Positions 8,110-20,100 of a stretch of 64,000 nucleotides of DNA are shown piece after piece. Under the pieces are notes generated by a model. That model was not told where the DNA came from. It saw only the letters and a list, made by a program, of their open reading frames with translations, and did no database searches. How positions within the stretch are numbered: the stretch's first letter is position 1; each line of letters opens with the position of its first letter. The translations under genes were made by a program, and so were the position numbers. The DNA is taken from contig OZ241892.1 of NCBI GenBank assembly GCA_965203485.1, positions 704,001 to 768,000 of the forward strand, in the 5' to 3' direction. The DNA comes from Longimicrobiales bacterium (GTDB lineage Bacteria; Gemmatimonadota; Gemmatimonadetes; Longimicrobiales; Gaopeijiaceae).

Positions 8110-11100
8110 ATGAGTACGCATGAGGCCCGTAAAGCTGAGACGAGGCCGACGCCCCTCCGGCCGACTGGCTGGCTGGCCCGAGCGATGCCGGTAGCGCGAA
8201 CCTCGCTCGCGGCCCTCGGCCTGCTGGCGGCGTTCGGGACCACGGCGCCGGCGCCGCTGAGCGCCCAAACCACGCCGCCGGCGGTGAGCGGCGTGGGCAT
8301 CACGAGCGACGCGGGGAGCGACAGCACGTACGTGGAGGGCGACACGATCAAGGTTTTGGTAGTGTTCAGCGAGTCGGTGGACGTGACGGGCACGCCGCAG
8401 TTGGCGCTGACGGTGGACACGATGACGCGTCAGGCGAGCTACGTGTCGGGCACGGGGAACGATTCGTTGGCGTTCCACTACGTGTTGCCGGTGACGTCGA
8501 CGGACCGGGACGCTGACGGGATCAGCATAGCGGCGAGCGCGCTGGCTCTGAACGGCGGTACGATTCGGCGGGCGGGCGGTACGGTGGATGCGGTTCTGGG
8601 GTTGGGCGCCCACGCGGTCAGCAACGACAGGAACCATCAAGTTGCGCGTAGGCCGGCGATGGCGCCGATACATTTCCAGACGAATCCGGCGAGCGACCAG
8701 ACGTTCGCAGCGGGGGAGGTGGTCCATCTGCGGATCACGTGGACCGACCGCGTGGACAAGCCGAACTGGCAGGCGATGAGGTTGGCGATCGAGATTGGCG
8801 AGGACACGGTGACGGCGATTCCGCACCAGCAGAACCCTTGGGCGGTATGGTTTCGGTACACGGTGACGGAGGCCGACTTGGACGAGAACGGGATAAGCTT
8901 GCCGGAGAACGCGTTGACGAACATCGGCAGCGTCAGGCTCGAGGGCACGTTGGTCGAGGCGGACAACGATCTTTCGGCCGTGACATTGACGGATACGGCG
9001 ACTCACAAGGTGAACGGCGCGAAGGCGGTGCCTCACGTGACGAACACGACGATTGAGAGCGATGCGGGGAACGACAGCACGTACGCGCGCGGCGACGTGA
9101 TCGAGATCGGCATCTGGTTCAACGAGGACGTGGACGTGACGGGCTCGCCGCGCCTGGCGATGGCGGTCGGGACGGAGACGCGGCAAGCGGTCTATTTTGC
9201 GGGGACGGGCGGCAGTTCGCTGGTGTTCCGGTACGAGGTTGGGCCTGGGGATGTGGACACGAACGGGATCAGCATCGGGTCGGAGGCGTTGACGTTGAAC
9301 GGCGGGACGATCCGGCGGGCGGGGTCGGCGACGGTGAACGCGTACCTGGGCTTGCGGGTCCACAGGGTCGCCGACGCCGACACGCACAAGGTGGACGGTA
9401 CGGCGGGGCCGCCTGCCGTGACGAAGGTGCTGGTCACGAGCGATGCGGGTACGGACAGCACGTATGCGGCGAACGACACGGTACAAGTAGCGGTGGTGTT
9501 CAACGAGAGCGTGGACGTGACGGGCACGCCGCGAGTGGCGCTGGGGATTGGTTTGCAGACGCGGCAGGCGAGCTACGCGGGCGGTACGGGGACGGATTCG
9601 CTGACGTTCCGGTACGTGGTGGCGAGCGGCGACGCGGACGCGGACGGGTTGAGCATCGGGGCGAGCGCTTTGGCTTTGAACGGGGGCACGATCAAGCGGG
9701 CGGGCGCGGCGGTGGACGCGACGCTGTCGACGGCGAACTTCGTTGTTGTGAACGCGGCGGCGCACAAGGTACTGGGCTCGGGCGCGACTATCGTGACGGG
9801 CACGTCGTTCGCGAGCGACGCGGGGACGGACAGCATCTACGTGGAGGGGGACACGGTCGCGGTGGAAGTCGTGTTCAACCAAGCGGTGGACGTGACGGGG
9901 ACGCCGCAGCTGGCGCTGGTTCTGTCGGCGGTGCGGCAGGCGAGCTACGTGTCTGGGACGGGCACGACAACGCTGACGTTCAAGTACGTCGTGGCGGCGG
10001 GGGACTCTGACACGAACGGGATCAGCTACGGGCGGAATGCGCTGACGCTGAACGGCGGTACGATCAGAAGGGCGGGCACGGCGGTGGACGTGTACTTGAG
10101 CTTGTGGACTCACGTCGCGACGGACGACAGAGCTCATCGCGTGTGGGAGATACCGAAGGTATCGAGCGTTTCGATTCCCAGCAGCGCGGGCGCCGACCAG
10201 ACGTGGGCGAGCGGCGACATCATCGACTTCTTCGTGGTGTTCGACCGGGCCATAGCGGCGTCGGTCACGGCGTCGTCGGGCATACATCTGACGATTGGGG
10301 AGGACGTCCGCTCGGGTTACATACACAACGTGAACACTGGCACGAGAACCTTGCACTGGCGGTACGTTCCGGTGCAGGCCGACTTGGACGCGGACGGGCT
10401 GAGCGTCGACAGCGTCACGTTTGGCGGGAGCGACTACGTCAGGACGGCTGGGGCGCCGGCGGGCGCGGCGAACGCCAACTTGGACTTCACGCCGATCGCG
10501 AACGCTTCGGCGCACAAGGTGAACGGCGCACAGGCGGTGCCTCACGTGACGGGCACGGTGGTAGCGAGCGACGCGGGGAACGACAGCACGTATGCTGAGG
10601 GCGACACGATCGAGGTCGGGCTGGTGTTCAGCGAGAACGTGGACGTGACGGGGGCGCCGCGTCTGGCATTGGGGATTGGGACGGCGACGCGGCAGGCGAG
10701 GTACGTTGCGGGGACGGGCGGCGATTCGCTGGTGTTCCGGTACGTTGTGGGGGCTGGGGACGAGGACGCGGACGGATTGAGCGTGGGCGCGGGCGCGTTG
10801 GCGCTGGGCGCGGGCGGGACGATTCGGCGGGCGGGGTCGGCGACGGTGAACGCGTACTTGGGTTTGCGGGTTCACACGATCGCGAACGCTTCGGCGCACA
10901 AGGTGGCGCTCACGCCGCCGTCGGTGTCGGGCGTGTTCTTCGTGACGCCGGCGAACACGGGGTTGGCGTACGCGAGCACGGACAGCGTGTTCGGTCTTGC
11001 GGACGAGATACGCGCGGCGGTCAGCTTCGGCGTGGCGGTGACGGCGGCGGGCACGCCACAGCTGGCGTTGGGGATTGGCACGCAGACGCGGAGCGCTGTG

Positions 11101-14100
11101 CTGTGCGATACGACAGGAGCCAACGTGTTGGTGTTCTGCTACACGGTGGTGGCTGCGGACAGCGATTCGGACGGGATCAGCGTCGGCGCGAACGCATTGA
11201 CGTTGCCGGGCGGCGCGACGCTTCGAGCGACGGGGAGCACGACGGGCGCGAACTTGTCGTTGGCGCCGTGGAACTTCGCGAACTCGGCGTTGTTCCAGGT
11301 GGACGGTTCGAAGGAGGTGGCGCCTGGGGTGAGCGGTGTGGCGATTGCGAGCGACGCGGGTACGGATTCGACGTACCACCGGTTCGAGGCGATCCGAGTC
11401 GAGGTGGGGTTCGACCGTGCGGTGGACGTTGTGGGCACGCCGCAGCTGGCATTGGGGATCGGGGCGGCGACGCGGCAGGCGGGGTACGCGAGCGGGACGG
11501 GCACGAGCACGCTGACGTTCCAGTATTCTGTGGGGCCGTCGGACAGCGACGCGGACGGGGTGAGCATCGCAGCGAGCGCGTTGGCATTGAACGGCGGGAC
11601 GATCGAGATAGCGGGCGGCTCGGCGGCGGCGGCGCTGGGATTGGGCAGCCATGCGATTGCGAACGCGGCGGCGCACAAGGTGGCGGGCGACCGGCCGGTG
11701 GTGACGGGGGTGTCGTTGGGGTCGCCGGTGACGGGCGACGTGTTCGAGCGGGGCGACACGATCGAGGCGAGGGTGAGTTTCGGGCGGTGGGTGACGGTGA
11801 CGGGGACGCCGCAGCTGGCGCTGACGATCGGGACGGCGACGCGGCAGGCGAGCTACGCGTCTGGCAGCGGGTCGGGGTCGCTGGCGTTCCGGTACGTGGT
11901 GGCGTCCGGGGACGCTGACGCGGACGGGTTGAGCGTGGGCGCGGGCGCATTGGGCTTGAACGGAGGCACGATTGCGGTGACGGGCGGCACGGCGAACGCA
12001 TTGCTGGAGTTGCAGACGTGGCACGTGATCACGAACAGCGCCGGGCACAAGGTGGACGGCGGGACGTTGACGGCGGCGTCGGTGAGCGGTGTGTCGGTGG
12101 CGAGCGTTCCGTCGGGCGGCGACACGTACTTGCTGGGCGACACGATCGACGTGGCGGTGGCGTTCACGCGGCTGGTGGCGGTGACGGGGACGCCGCAGCT
12201 GGCGATCGGGATCGGGAGTTCGACGCGGCAGGCGTCGTACGCGAGCGGGACGGGGACGGACACGCTGTTGTTCCGGTACGCTGTGGTGGCTGCGGACGCG
12301 GACACGAACGGGTTGAGCATCGCGGCGGGTGCGCTGGGGCTGAACGGCGGCACGATAGCGGACGCGCGCGACGTTTCGGTTGCTGCGGGTCTGGGTTTGG
12401 GATCGAGCGCGGTTTCGAACAGTACGGGCCACAAGGTGGACGGGAGCCGCGTGCGGCCGGCTCGCGTGCTGTCGGTGACGTTGAACACCGTTCCGCCGAC
12501 GAGCCAATGGAATCAGTTCGTGGCGGGCGACTGGATGCAGGTGACGGTCGAGTTCAGCGCGGCGGTGGACGTTGTGGGCACGCCGCAGGTGGCGATCGTG
12601 ATCGGGACGGCGACTAGGCAGGCGGCGTACGCGAGCGGGACGGGGACGGCGACGCTGGTTTTTCGTTATCAGATGCACGGCTACGACCCGAGGGACGACG
12701 ACGGGATCGGCGTGGCGCGCGATGCTCTGGCTCTGAACGGCGGCACGATCCGGCGTGCGGGGAGCAGCGATGCGGCGTTGCTGGACTTTGGGCGCGCCTA
12801 CACGGGCACGGCGACGAATCCGGCGCACAGGGCGGGCGTGAGCGGGATTGCGGTGAGCAGTCCGGGTTCGGGTGGCACGTACGGTGTGGGCGAGACGATC
12901 GAGGTGACGGTGTCGTTGAGCCACACGGCCGTCCTGGTCAGCGGCGCGGGGCCGCAGTTGGCGCTGGGGATCGGGACGCAGACGCGGCAGGCGTCGATGG
13001 TGCTCGGGGGCGGCAACACCTACAACCCGCTGAGGTTCCGTTACGTGGTACAGGCGGCGGACGCTGACGCGGACGGGATCAGCATCGCGGCGAACGCGAT
13101 CACGGGCGGCAACGTGCAGTCGCAGCATTCGGTGCGGCCGCCGTTTTGGGGGTTGGGGCGGTTGGCGATTGCGAACGACGGGATGCGCAAGGTGGACGGG
13201 AGCCTTGGTGCGGTGGTGAGCGGTCTGTCGATCGGGTCGCCGCCGTCGGGCGACACGTTCGAGCGAGGCGACGCGATCGAGGTGGCGGTGGCGTTCAACC
13301 GGGCGGTGGACGTTGCGGGGACGCCGCAGCTGGCGCTGGCGGTCGACACGCTGACCAGGCAGGCGTCGTACGCGAGCGGGACGGGGACGGACACGCTGGT
13401 GTTCCGGTACGTGGTGGTGGCTGCGGACGCGGACACGCTGGGGATCAGCATAGCGGCGAACGCTTTGAGCTTGAACGGCGGGACGATACGGCAGGCGGGC
13501 GGGACGACGAACGCGGTGCTGGGGTTGGGCGGCCACGCGGTGACGAACAGCTCGGGCCACAAGGTGGACGGCGGGACGCTGACGGCGGCGTCGGTGAGCG
13601 GGGTGGCGATCACGAGCGCGCCGTCGAGCGACAGCACGTACGGACGCACGGAGCGGATCGAGGTGGCCGTCGAGTTCGTGCGCGCGGTGACGGTGACGGG
13701 GACGCCGCAGCTGGCGCTGGGGATCGGGACGGCGACGCGGCAGGCGGCGTACGCGAGCGGGAGCGGGACGCGGACGCTCGTGTTCCGGTACGTGGTGGTG
13801 GCTGCGGACGCGGACTCGACGGGGATCAGCATCGGAGCGAGCGCGCTGGCGTTGAACGGCGGCGCGATCAACGACGCGCGCGACGGCACGGCGGCGGCGA
13901 GCCTGGGTTTGGGCAGCCATGCGGTCGCGAACGATCGTTCGCACAAGGTGGACGGGAGCCTGGGCCCGCCGGGGGTGACGGGGTTGTCGATCGGTTCGCC
14001 TGCGGTGGACACGACGTTCGAGCGCGGCGAGACGATCGAGGTGTCGGTGGTGTTCAGCCGGCCGGTGGACGTGGGGGGGACGCCGCAACTGGCGCTGGGC

Positions 14101-17100
14101 ATCGGGAGCGCGACCAGGCAGGCGGACTACGCGAGCGGGACGGGGACGGACACGCTGGTGTTCCGGTACGTGGTGGTGGCGGCCGACGCGGACGCGGACG
14201 GGATCAGCATAGCGGCGGGCGCGTTGACGTTGAACGGCGGCACGATCCGGCTGGCCGGCGGGACGCTGGACGCGATGCGGGACTTGGGGGCGAACGCGGT
14301 AGTGAACAGCGCGGGCCACACGGTTGCGGGCGGGACGTTCACGACGCCTTCGGTGAGCGCGGTGACGGTGTCGAGCGCGCCAGCGAGCGCGAGCACGTAC
14401 GAGCTGGGCGAGTCTATCGAGGTGAAGGTGGCGTTCAGCCGTCCGGTGGCGGTGACGGGGACGCCGCGACTGGCTTTGGGGATCGGGACGGCGACGCGCC
14501 AGGCGGACTACGATTCGGCGTCGAGCAGTGCGGACACGCTGGTGTTCGGGTACGCGGTCCGGCCTGCGGACGTGGACGCCGACGGGCTCAGCATCGCGGC
14601 GGGCGCGCTGGCGTTGAACGGCGGGACGATCAACGACGCGCGTCCGGGCGCGACGGCTGCGAGCCTGGATTTGGGGTCGAACGCGATCACGAACGCTGCG
14701 TCGCACAAGGTGAACGGCGGGCTGGGCCCGCCCGGGGTGACGGGGTTGGCGGTGGCGCCGCCGCCGGCGGGCGCGGTGTTCGAGCGCGGCGACACGATTG
14801 TTGCGACGGTGCGGTTCAACAAGGCGGTGGACGTGACGGGCACGCCGCAGCTGGCGCTGGGGATCGGCACGCAGACGCGGCAGGCGGCGTACGCATCGGG
14901 CACGGGCACGGCGGCGCTGGTGTTCCGGTACGTGGTGGCGACGGCGGACGTGGACTTGGACGGGTTGAGCGTTGGCGCGAGCGCACTGGCTCTGAACGGC
15001 GGCACGATCGACGTGTCGGGCGGGACGACGGACGCGTTGCTGAGCCTGGAGCGCCATGCGTTCGAGAACTTCCTGGTGGTGAACGGCGGGCTGTTCACGG
15101 CGTCGTCGGCGAGCGGCGTGTCGATATCGAGCAGTCCAGCGAGCGACAGCACGTACGGTCGCACGGAGCGGATCGAGGTCGAGGTGACGTTCGACCGCGC
15201 GGTGGCAGTGACGGGCACGCCGCAGCTGGCGTTGACGATCGGCGACTCGACGCGCCAGGCGAGCTACGCGAGCGGCACGGGCACGAAGACGCTGGCGTTC
15301 GGCTACGTGGTGGTGGCTGCGGACGCGGACGCGAACGGTTTGAGCGTCGGGCCGGCCGCGCTGGCGTTGAACGGCGGTGCGATCGACGACGCGCGCGACG
15401 CGAGCGAGGCTGCGGGCCTGGGCCTGGGGAGCCATGCGATATCGAACGCTGCGGCGCACAAGGTGAACGGGAGCCTGGGGCCGCCCGGCGTGACGGGCGT
15501 GACGCTCGGCTCGCCGCCGGTGGGCACGACGTTCGAGCGGGGCGACACGATCGTGGCGGCGCTGGCGTTCAACCGGGCGGTGGACGTGACGGGCGCGCCG
15601 CAGCTGGCGCTGGGGATCGGGAGCGCGACGAAGCAGGCGGTCTACGCGAGCGGGAGCGGCACGTCGTCGCTCGAGTTCCGGTACGTGGTGGTGACGGCGG
15701 ACGTGGACGCCGACGGGTTGAGCGTCGCGACGACGGCGCTGGGATTGAACGGCGGTACGGTTCGGCTGGCCGGCGGGACGCTGGACGCGACGCTGGGGTT
15801 GGGCACGCACGCGATATCGAACAGCGCGGGCCACAAGGTTGCGGGCGGGACGTTCACGGCGTCGGGCGTGACGGGCGTGGCGGTCGCGAGCAGTCCTGCG
15901 AGCGGCGCGACGTACGGACTGGGCGAGCGGATCGAGGTTCGGGTGACGTTTGCGCGCGCTGTGGCGGTGACGGGCACGCCGCAGCTGGCGCTGGGGATCG
16001 GCGCTGCGACGCGGCAGGCGGACTACGCGGGCGGAACGGGCACGCCGCAGCTGGCGTTCGGCTACGTGGTCGTCGCGGGCGACGCCGACTCCGACGGGCT
16101 CAGCATCGGCGCGAGCGCTTTGGCGCTGAACGGCGGGACGATCGCGGACGGACGCGACGGTTCGACGGCGGCGGCGCTGGGCCTGGGGTCGAGCGCGGTC
16201 GCGGACGCTGCGGGCCACCGCGTGGACGCGACGCGCGGCCCGCCGGGGGTGATGGGCGTGACGATCGGGTCGCCGCAGGTGGGCGACACGTTCGAGCGCG
16301 GCGACACGGTCGAGGTCGAGGTCGAGTTCAACAAGCCGGTGGCGGTGACGGGCGCGCCGCAGCTGGCGCTGGGCATCGGCGCGGCGACGAAGCAGGCGGG
16401 CTACGCGGGCGGGAGCGGGACGGCTGCGCTGGCGTTCCGGTACGTGGTCGTGTCCGCCGACGCGGACGCCGACGGGCTCAGCGTCGCGGCGGGCGCGTTG
16501 GCGCTGAACGGCGGCACGATCAAGGTGTCGGGCGGCACGGCCGACGCTTTGCTGGGCCTGGGCGCGCACGCGGTGGCGAACAGCGCGGGCCACAAGGTGG
16601 CGGGCGGGACGTTCACGGCGTCGTCGCCGAGCGCGGCGTCGGTGACGAGCGCGCCGGCGAGCGGCGACACGTACGGGTTGAGCGAGCGCATCGAGGTACG
16701 GGTGACGTTCGCGCGCCCGGTCGTCGTGACGGGCGCGCCGCAGCTGGCGCTGGGCATCGGCGCTGCGACGAAGCAGGCGGGCTACGCTGGCGGCAGCGGG
16801 ACGCGCGCGCTGGTGTTCGGCTACGTGGTCGCATCCGCGGACGCGGACGCCGACGGGATCAGCGTGGGCGCGAGCGCGCTGTCGTTGAACGGCGGCGCGA
16901 TAGCCGACGCGCGCGACGGGTCGACGGCGGCCGGCCTGGGCCTGGGCTCGAGCGCGATTGCGAACGCTGGCGCGCACAAGGTGGACGGCAGCGTCGAGGG
17001 CGCGCCGGCGGTTGCGGGCGCTCGGCTGGCGAGCGCGCCGTCGGGCGGCGGGTCGTACGGACTGGGCGAGGAGATACGGGTGGCGGTGCGCTTCGACCGC

Positions 17101-20100
17101 GCGGTGGCGGTGACGGGCACGCCCGAGCTGGCGCTCGGCATCGGCGCTGCGACGCGGCAGGCGGGCTACGCGAGCGGGAGCGGCACGTCCGAGCTCGAGT
17201 TCGCGTACGTGGTTCAGGCGGCGGACGCCGACAGGGACGGGATCAGCGTTGGCGCGGGCGCGCTGTCGCTGAGCGGCGGGACGCTGGTGGTCGCGGGCGG
17301 CACGGCGGCGGCGGTTCTGTCGCTGGGCAGCCACGCGATAGTGAACGCGAGCGGCCACGCCGTCGCCGGCACGCTCGAGGCGGCGCCGGTCGTGACGGGC
17401 GCGCGGCTGGTATCGTCGCCTGCGAACGGGAGCGCGTACGGGTTGAGCGAGCGGATCGCCGTCGCGCTGGCGTTCAGCCGTCCGGTCGACGTTGCGGGCG
17501 CGCCGCAGCTGGCGCTGGGCATCGGGAGCGCGACGCGGCAGGCGGGCTACGCGAGCGGGAGCGGCACGGCCGAGCTGGTGTTCGGCTACGTCGTCGCGGG
17601 CGGCGACGCCGACGCCGACGGCGTGAGCGTCGCGGCGGGCGCGCTGGCCTTGAACGGCGGGACGATCGTGATCGCGGGCGGGCGCGTGGCGGCGGTGCTG
17701 TCGCTGGGCACGCACGCGCTGTCGAACGTCGCGGGCCACCTGGTGGACGGGAGCGCCGAGACGGCGCCTGCCGTGGCGGGCGTGACGCTGGCGAGCGCGC
17801 CGATCGGCGGCGGGCGCTACGAGCTGGGCGAGGAGATCCGCGTGCACGTGCGCTTCGACCGCGCCGTCGCCGTGACGGGCTCGCCGCAGCTGGCGCTGAC
17901 GATCGGCGCGCAGACGCGCACGGCGCGCTTCGTGCGCGTCGTCGGCTACGGCGCCGCCGCGCGCGCGGGCTGGGCCGGCGTCGCGGCGGGCTATGCAGGC
18001 GCGCGCTGGGCCGGCGGGTCGGCGGGCGGCGCAGGCGGTTCCGCCGGCGCGTTGGGCGCGACGCAGGGCGCGGCGCTCGAGTTCGCGTACGCCGTTCAGG
18101 CGGCGGACGCCGACGCGGACGGATTGAGCGTGGGCGCGGGCGCGCTGTCGCTGAACGGCGGCGCGATCACGCTGCTGGGCGGCACGGCGGCGGCTGGACT
18201 GTCGCTGGGCGGCCACGCGCTGACGAACGTCGGCGGCCACTTGGTGGACGGCAGCGTCGTGTCGCCGCCTGCGGTCGCGGGCGTCGAAGCGAGCCGTCCG
18301 CAGTCGGGCGGCCGGTGGCGCGCCGGCCAGACGATCGAGATCGCCGTCGTGTTCGACCGGCCGGTGAGCGTGACGGGCGGCCCGCGTCTGGCGCTGGCGA
18401 TGGGCACGCGCACGGTTCACGCCGCGCTGGCGTCGGCGAGCGGGCGGCGCGTCGAGTTCGCGTACGAGGTGCGTCCTCACGACCGCGCGCCGAACGGGAT
18501 CGCGCTGGCCGCCGGCGCGCTGGACGCGAGCGGCGCCGCGATCGTGTCGGCCGCCGACGGTTCGACGCCGGCCGCGCTGTCGCTGGGCAGCCATGCGTTC
18601 GCAAGCGATCCGACGCGCAGGGTCGAGGGCGGCGGCGGCGAGCCGGAGCCGGGGCGGCCGCCGAAGTTCGGGGCCGAGTCGTACGCGTTCGAGCTGGCCG
18701 AGAACGTGGCGGGCGCCGTCGTCGTGGGCGCCGTGAGCGCCGTGGACCCGGACGAGGGCGACGAGGTGTACTACCGGCTGCGCGAGGGCGGCGGCGGCCT
18801 GTTCGAGGTGGACGAGACGAGCGGCGAGGTCAGCTACGTCGGCGCGGGCGAAGACTACGAAGCCGGCCCGCGCGAGCACGCGCTCGTCGTGTCGGCCGCC
18901 GACGTCGGCGGCCTCGCGTCGACCGTCCGCGTGACGGTGAAGGTGACGAACGCGAACGAGGCGCCGGCGTTCGAGCGGGCGAGCTGGACGTTCGAGCTGG
19001 CCGAGAACGCGGCCGGACCGATAGTGCTGGGCACGGTCAGCGCGACCGACCCGGACGAGGGCGAGGCGCTGTCGTACAGCCTCGTCTCGGGCGGCGGCGG
19101 CCTGTTCGAGCTGGACGCTGCGAGCGGCGCCGTGCGCTACGTCGGCGCCGGCGAAGACTACGAGACGGGCCCGCGCGAGCACGCGCTGGCCGTCGCCGTC
19201 GCCGACGCGGGCGGGCTGCGAGCGGCGGCCGGCGTCGTGATAGCCGTCGCCGACGCCGACGAGGCGCCCGTGTTCGAGCGGGCGAGCTGGACGTTCGAGC
19301 TGGCCGAGAACGCGGCCGGGCCCATAGTGCTGGGCACGGTGTCGGCGACCGACCCGGACGAGGGCGAGGCGCTGTCGTACAGCCTCGTCTCGGGCGGCGG
19401 CGGCCTGTTCGAGCTGGACGCTGCGAGCGGCGCCGTGCGCTACGTCGGCGCCGGCGAGGACTACGAGACGGGCCCGCGCGAGCACGCGCTCGTCGTCGCC
19501 GCGACGGGCGCCGACGGCCTCGCCGCGCAGGCGGCCGTCGTCGTGACGGTCGCCGACGTGAACGAGGCGCCCGTGTTCGAGCAGGCGAGCTGGACGTTCG
19601 AGCTGGCCGAGAACGCTGCCGGCCCGCTCGCCGTCGGCGCCGTCGCCGCCGCCGACGAGGACGAGGGCGACGTGCTGTCGTACAGCCTCGTCTCGGGCGG
19701 CGGCGGCCTGTTCGAGCTGGACGCTGCGAGCGGCGCCGTGCGCTACGTCGGCGCCGGCGAGGACTACGAGACGGGCCCGCGCGAGCACGCGCTCGTCGTC
19801 GCCGCGACGGACAGGGGCGGCCTGGCGGCGACGGCGAACGCGACCGTCGTCGTGACCGACGTCAACGAGGCGCCCGAAGCGACCGCGCAGATCGCCGTCG
19901 CGGCGCTCGACGCGCACGGCGCGGCCGTGCAGGAGACGCTGGACGCGTACTTCCGGGACCCGGACGGCGACGCGCTCGCGTACGCCGCCGAGTCGTCGGA
20001 CACGGCGGTGGCGGCGGCGAGCGTGGCGGGCGGCGTGCTGACCATCCGGCCGTTCGCGATCGGCACGGCGAGCGTGACCGTGACGGCGACCGATCCCGGC

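Noticed and set aside
18660..19870. Near-identical ~300-bp repeats as a possible CRISPR array or DGR template/variable pair
   Set aside because: They are in-frame cadherin domains; there are no spacers, cas genes, reverse transcriptase or adenine-specific variation.
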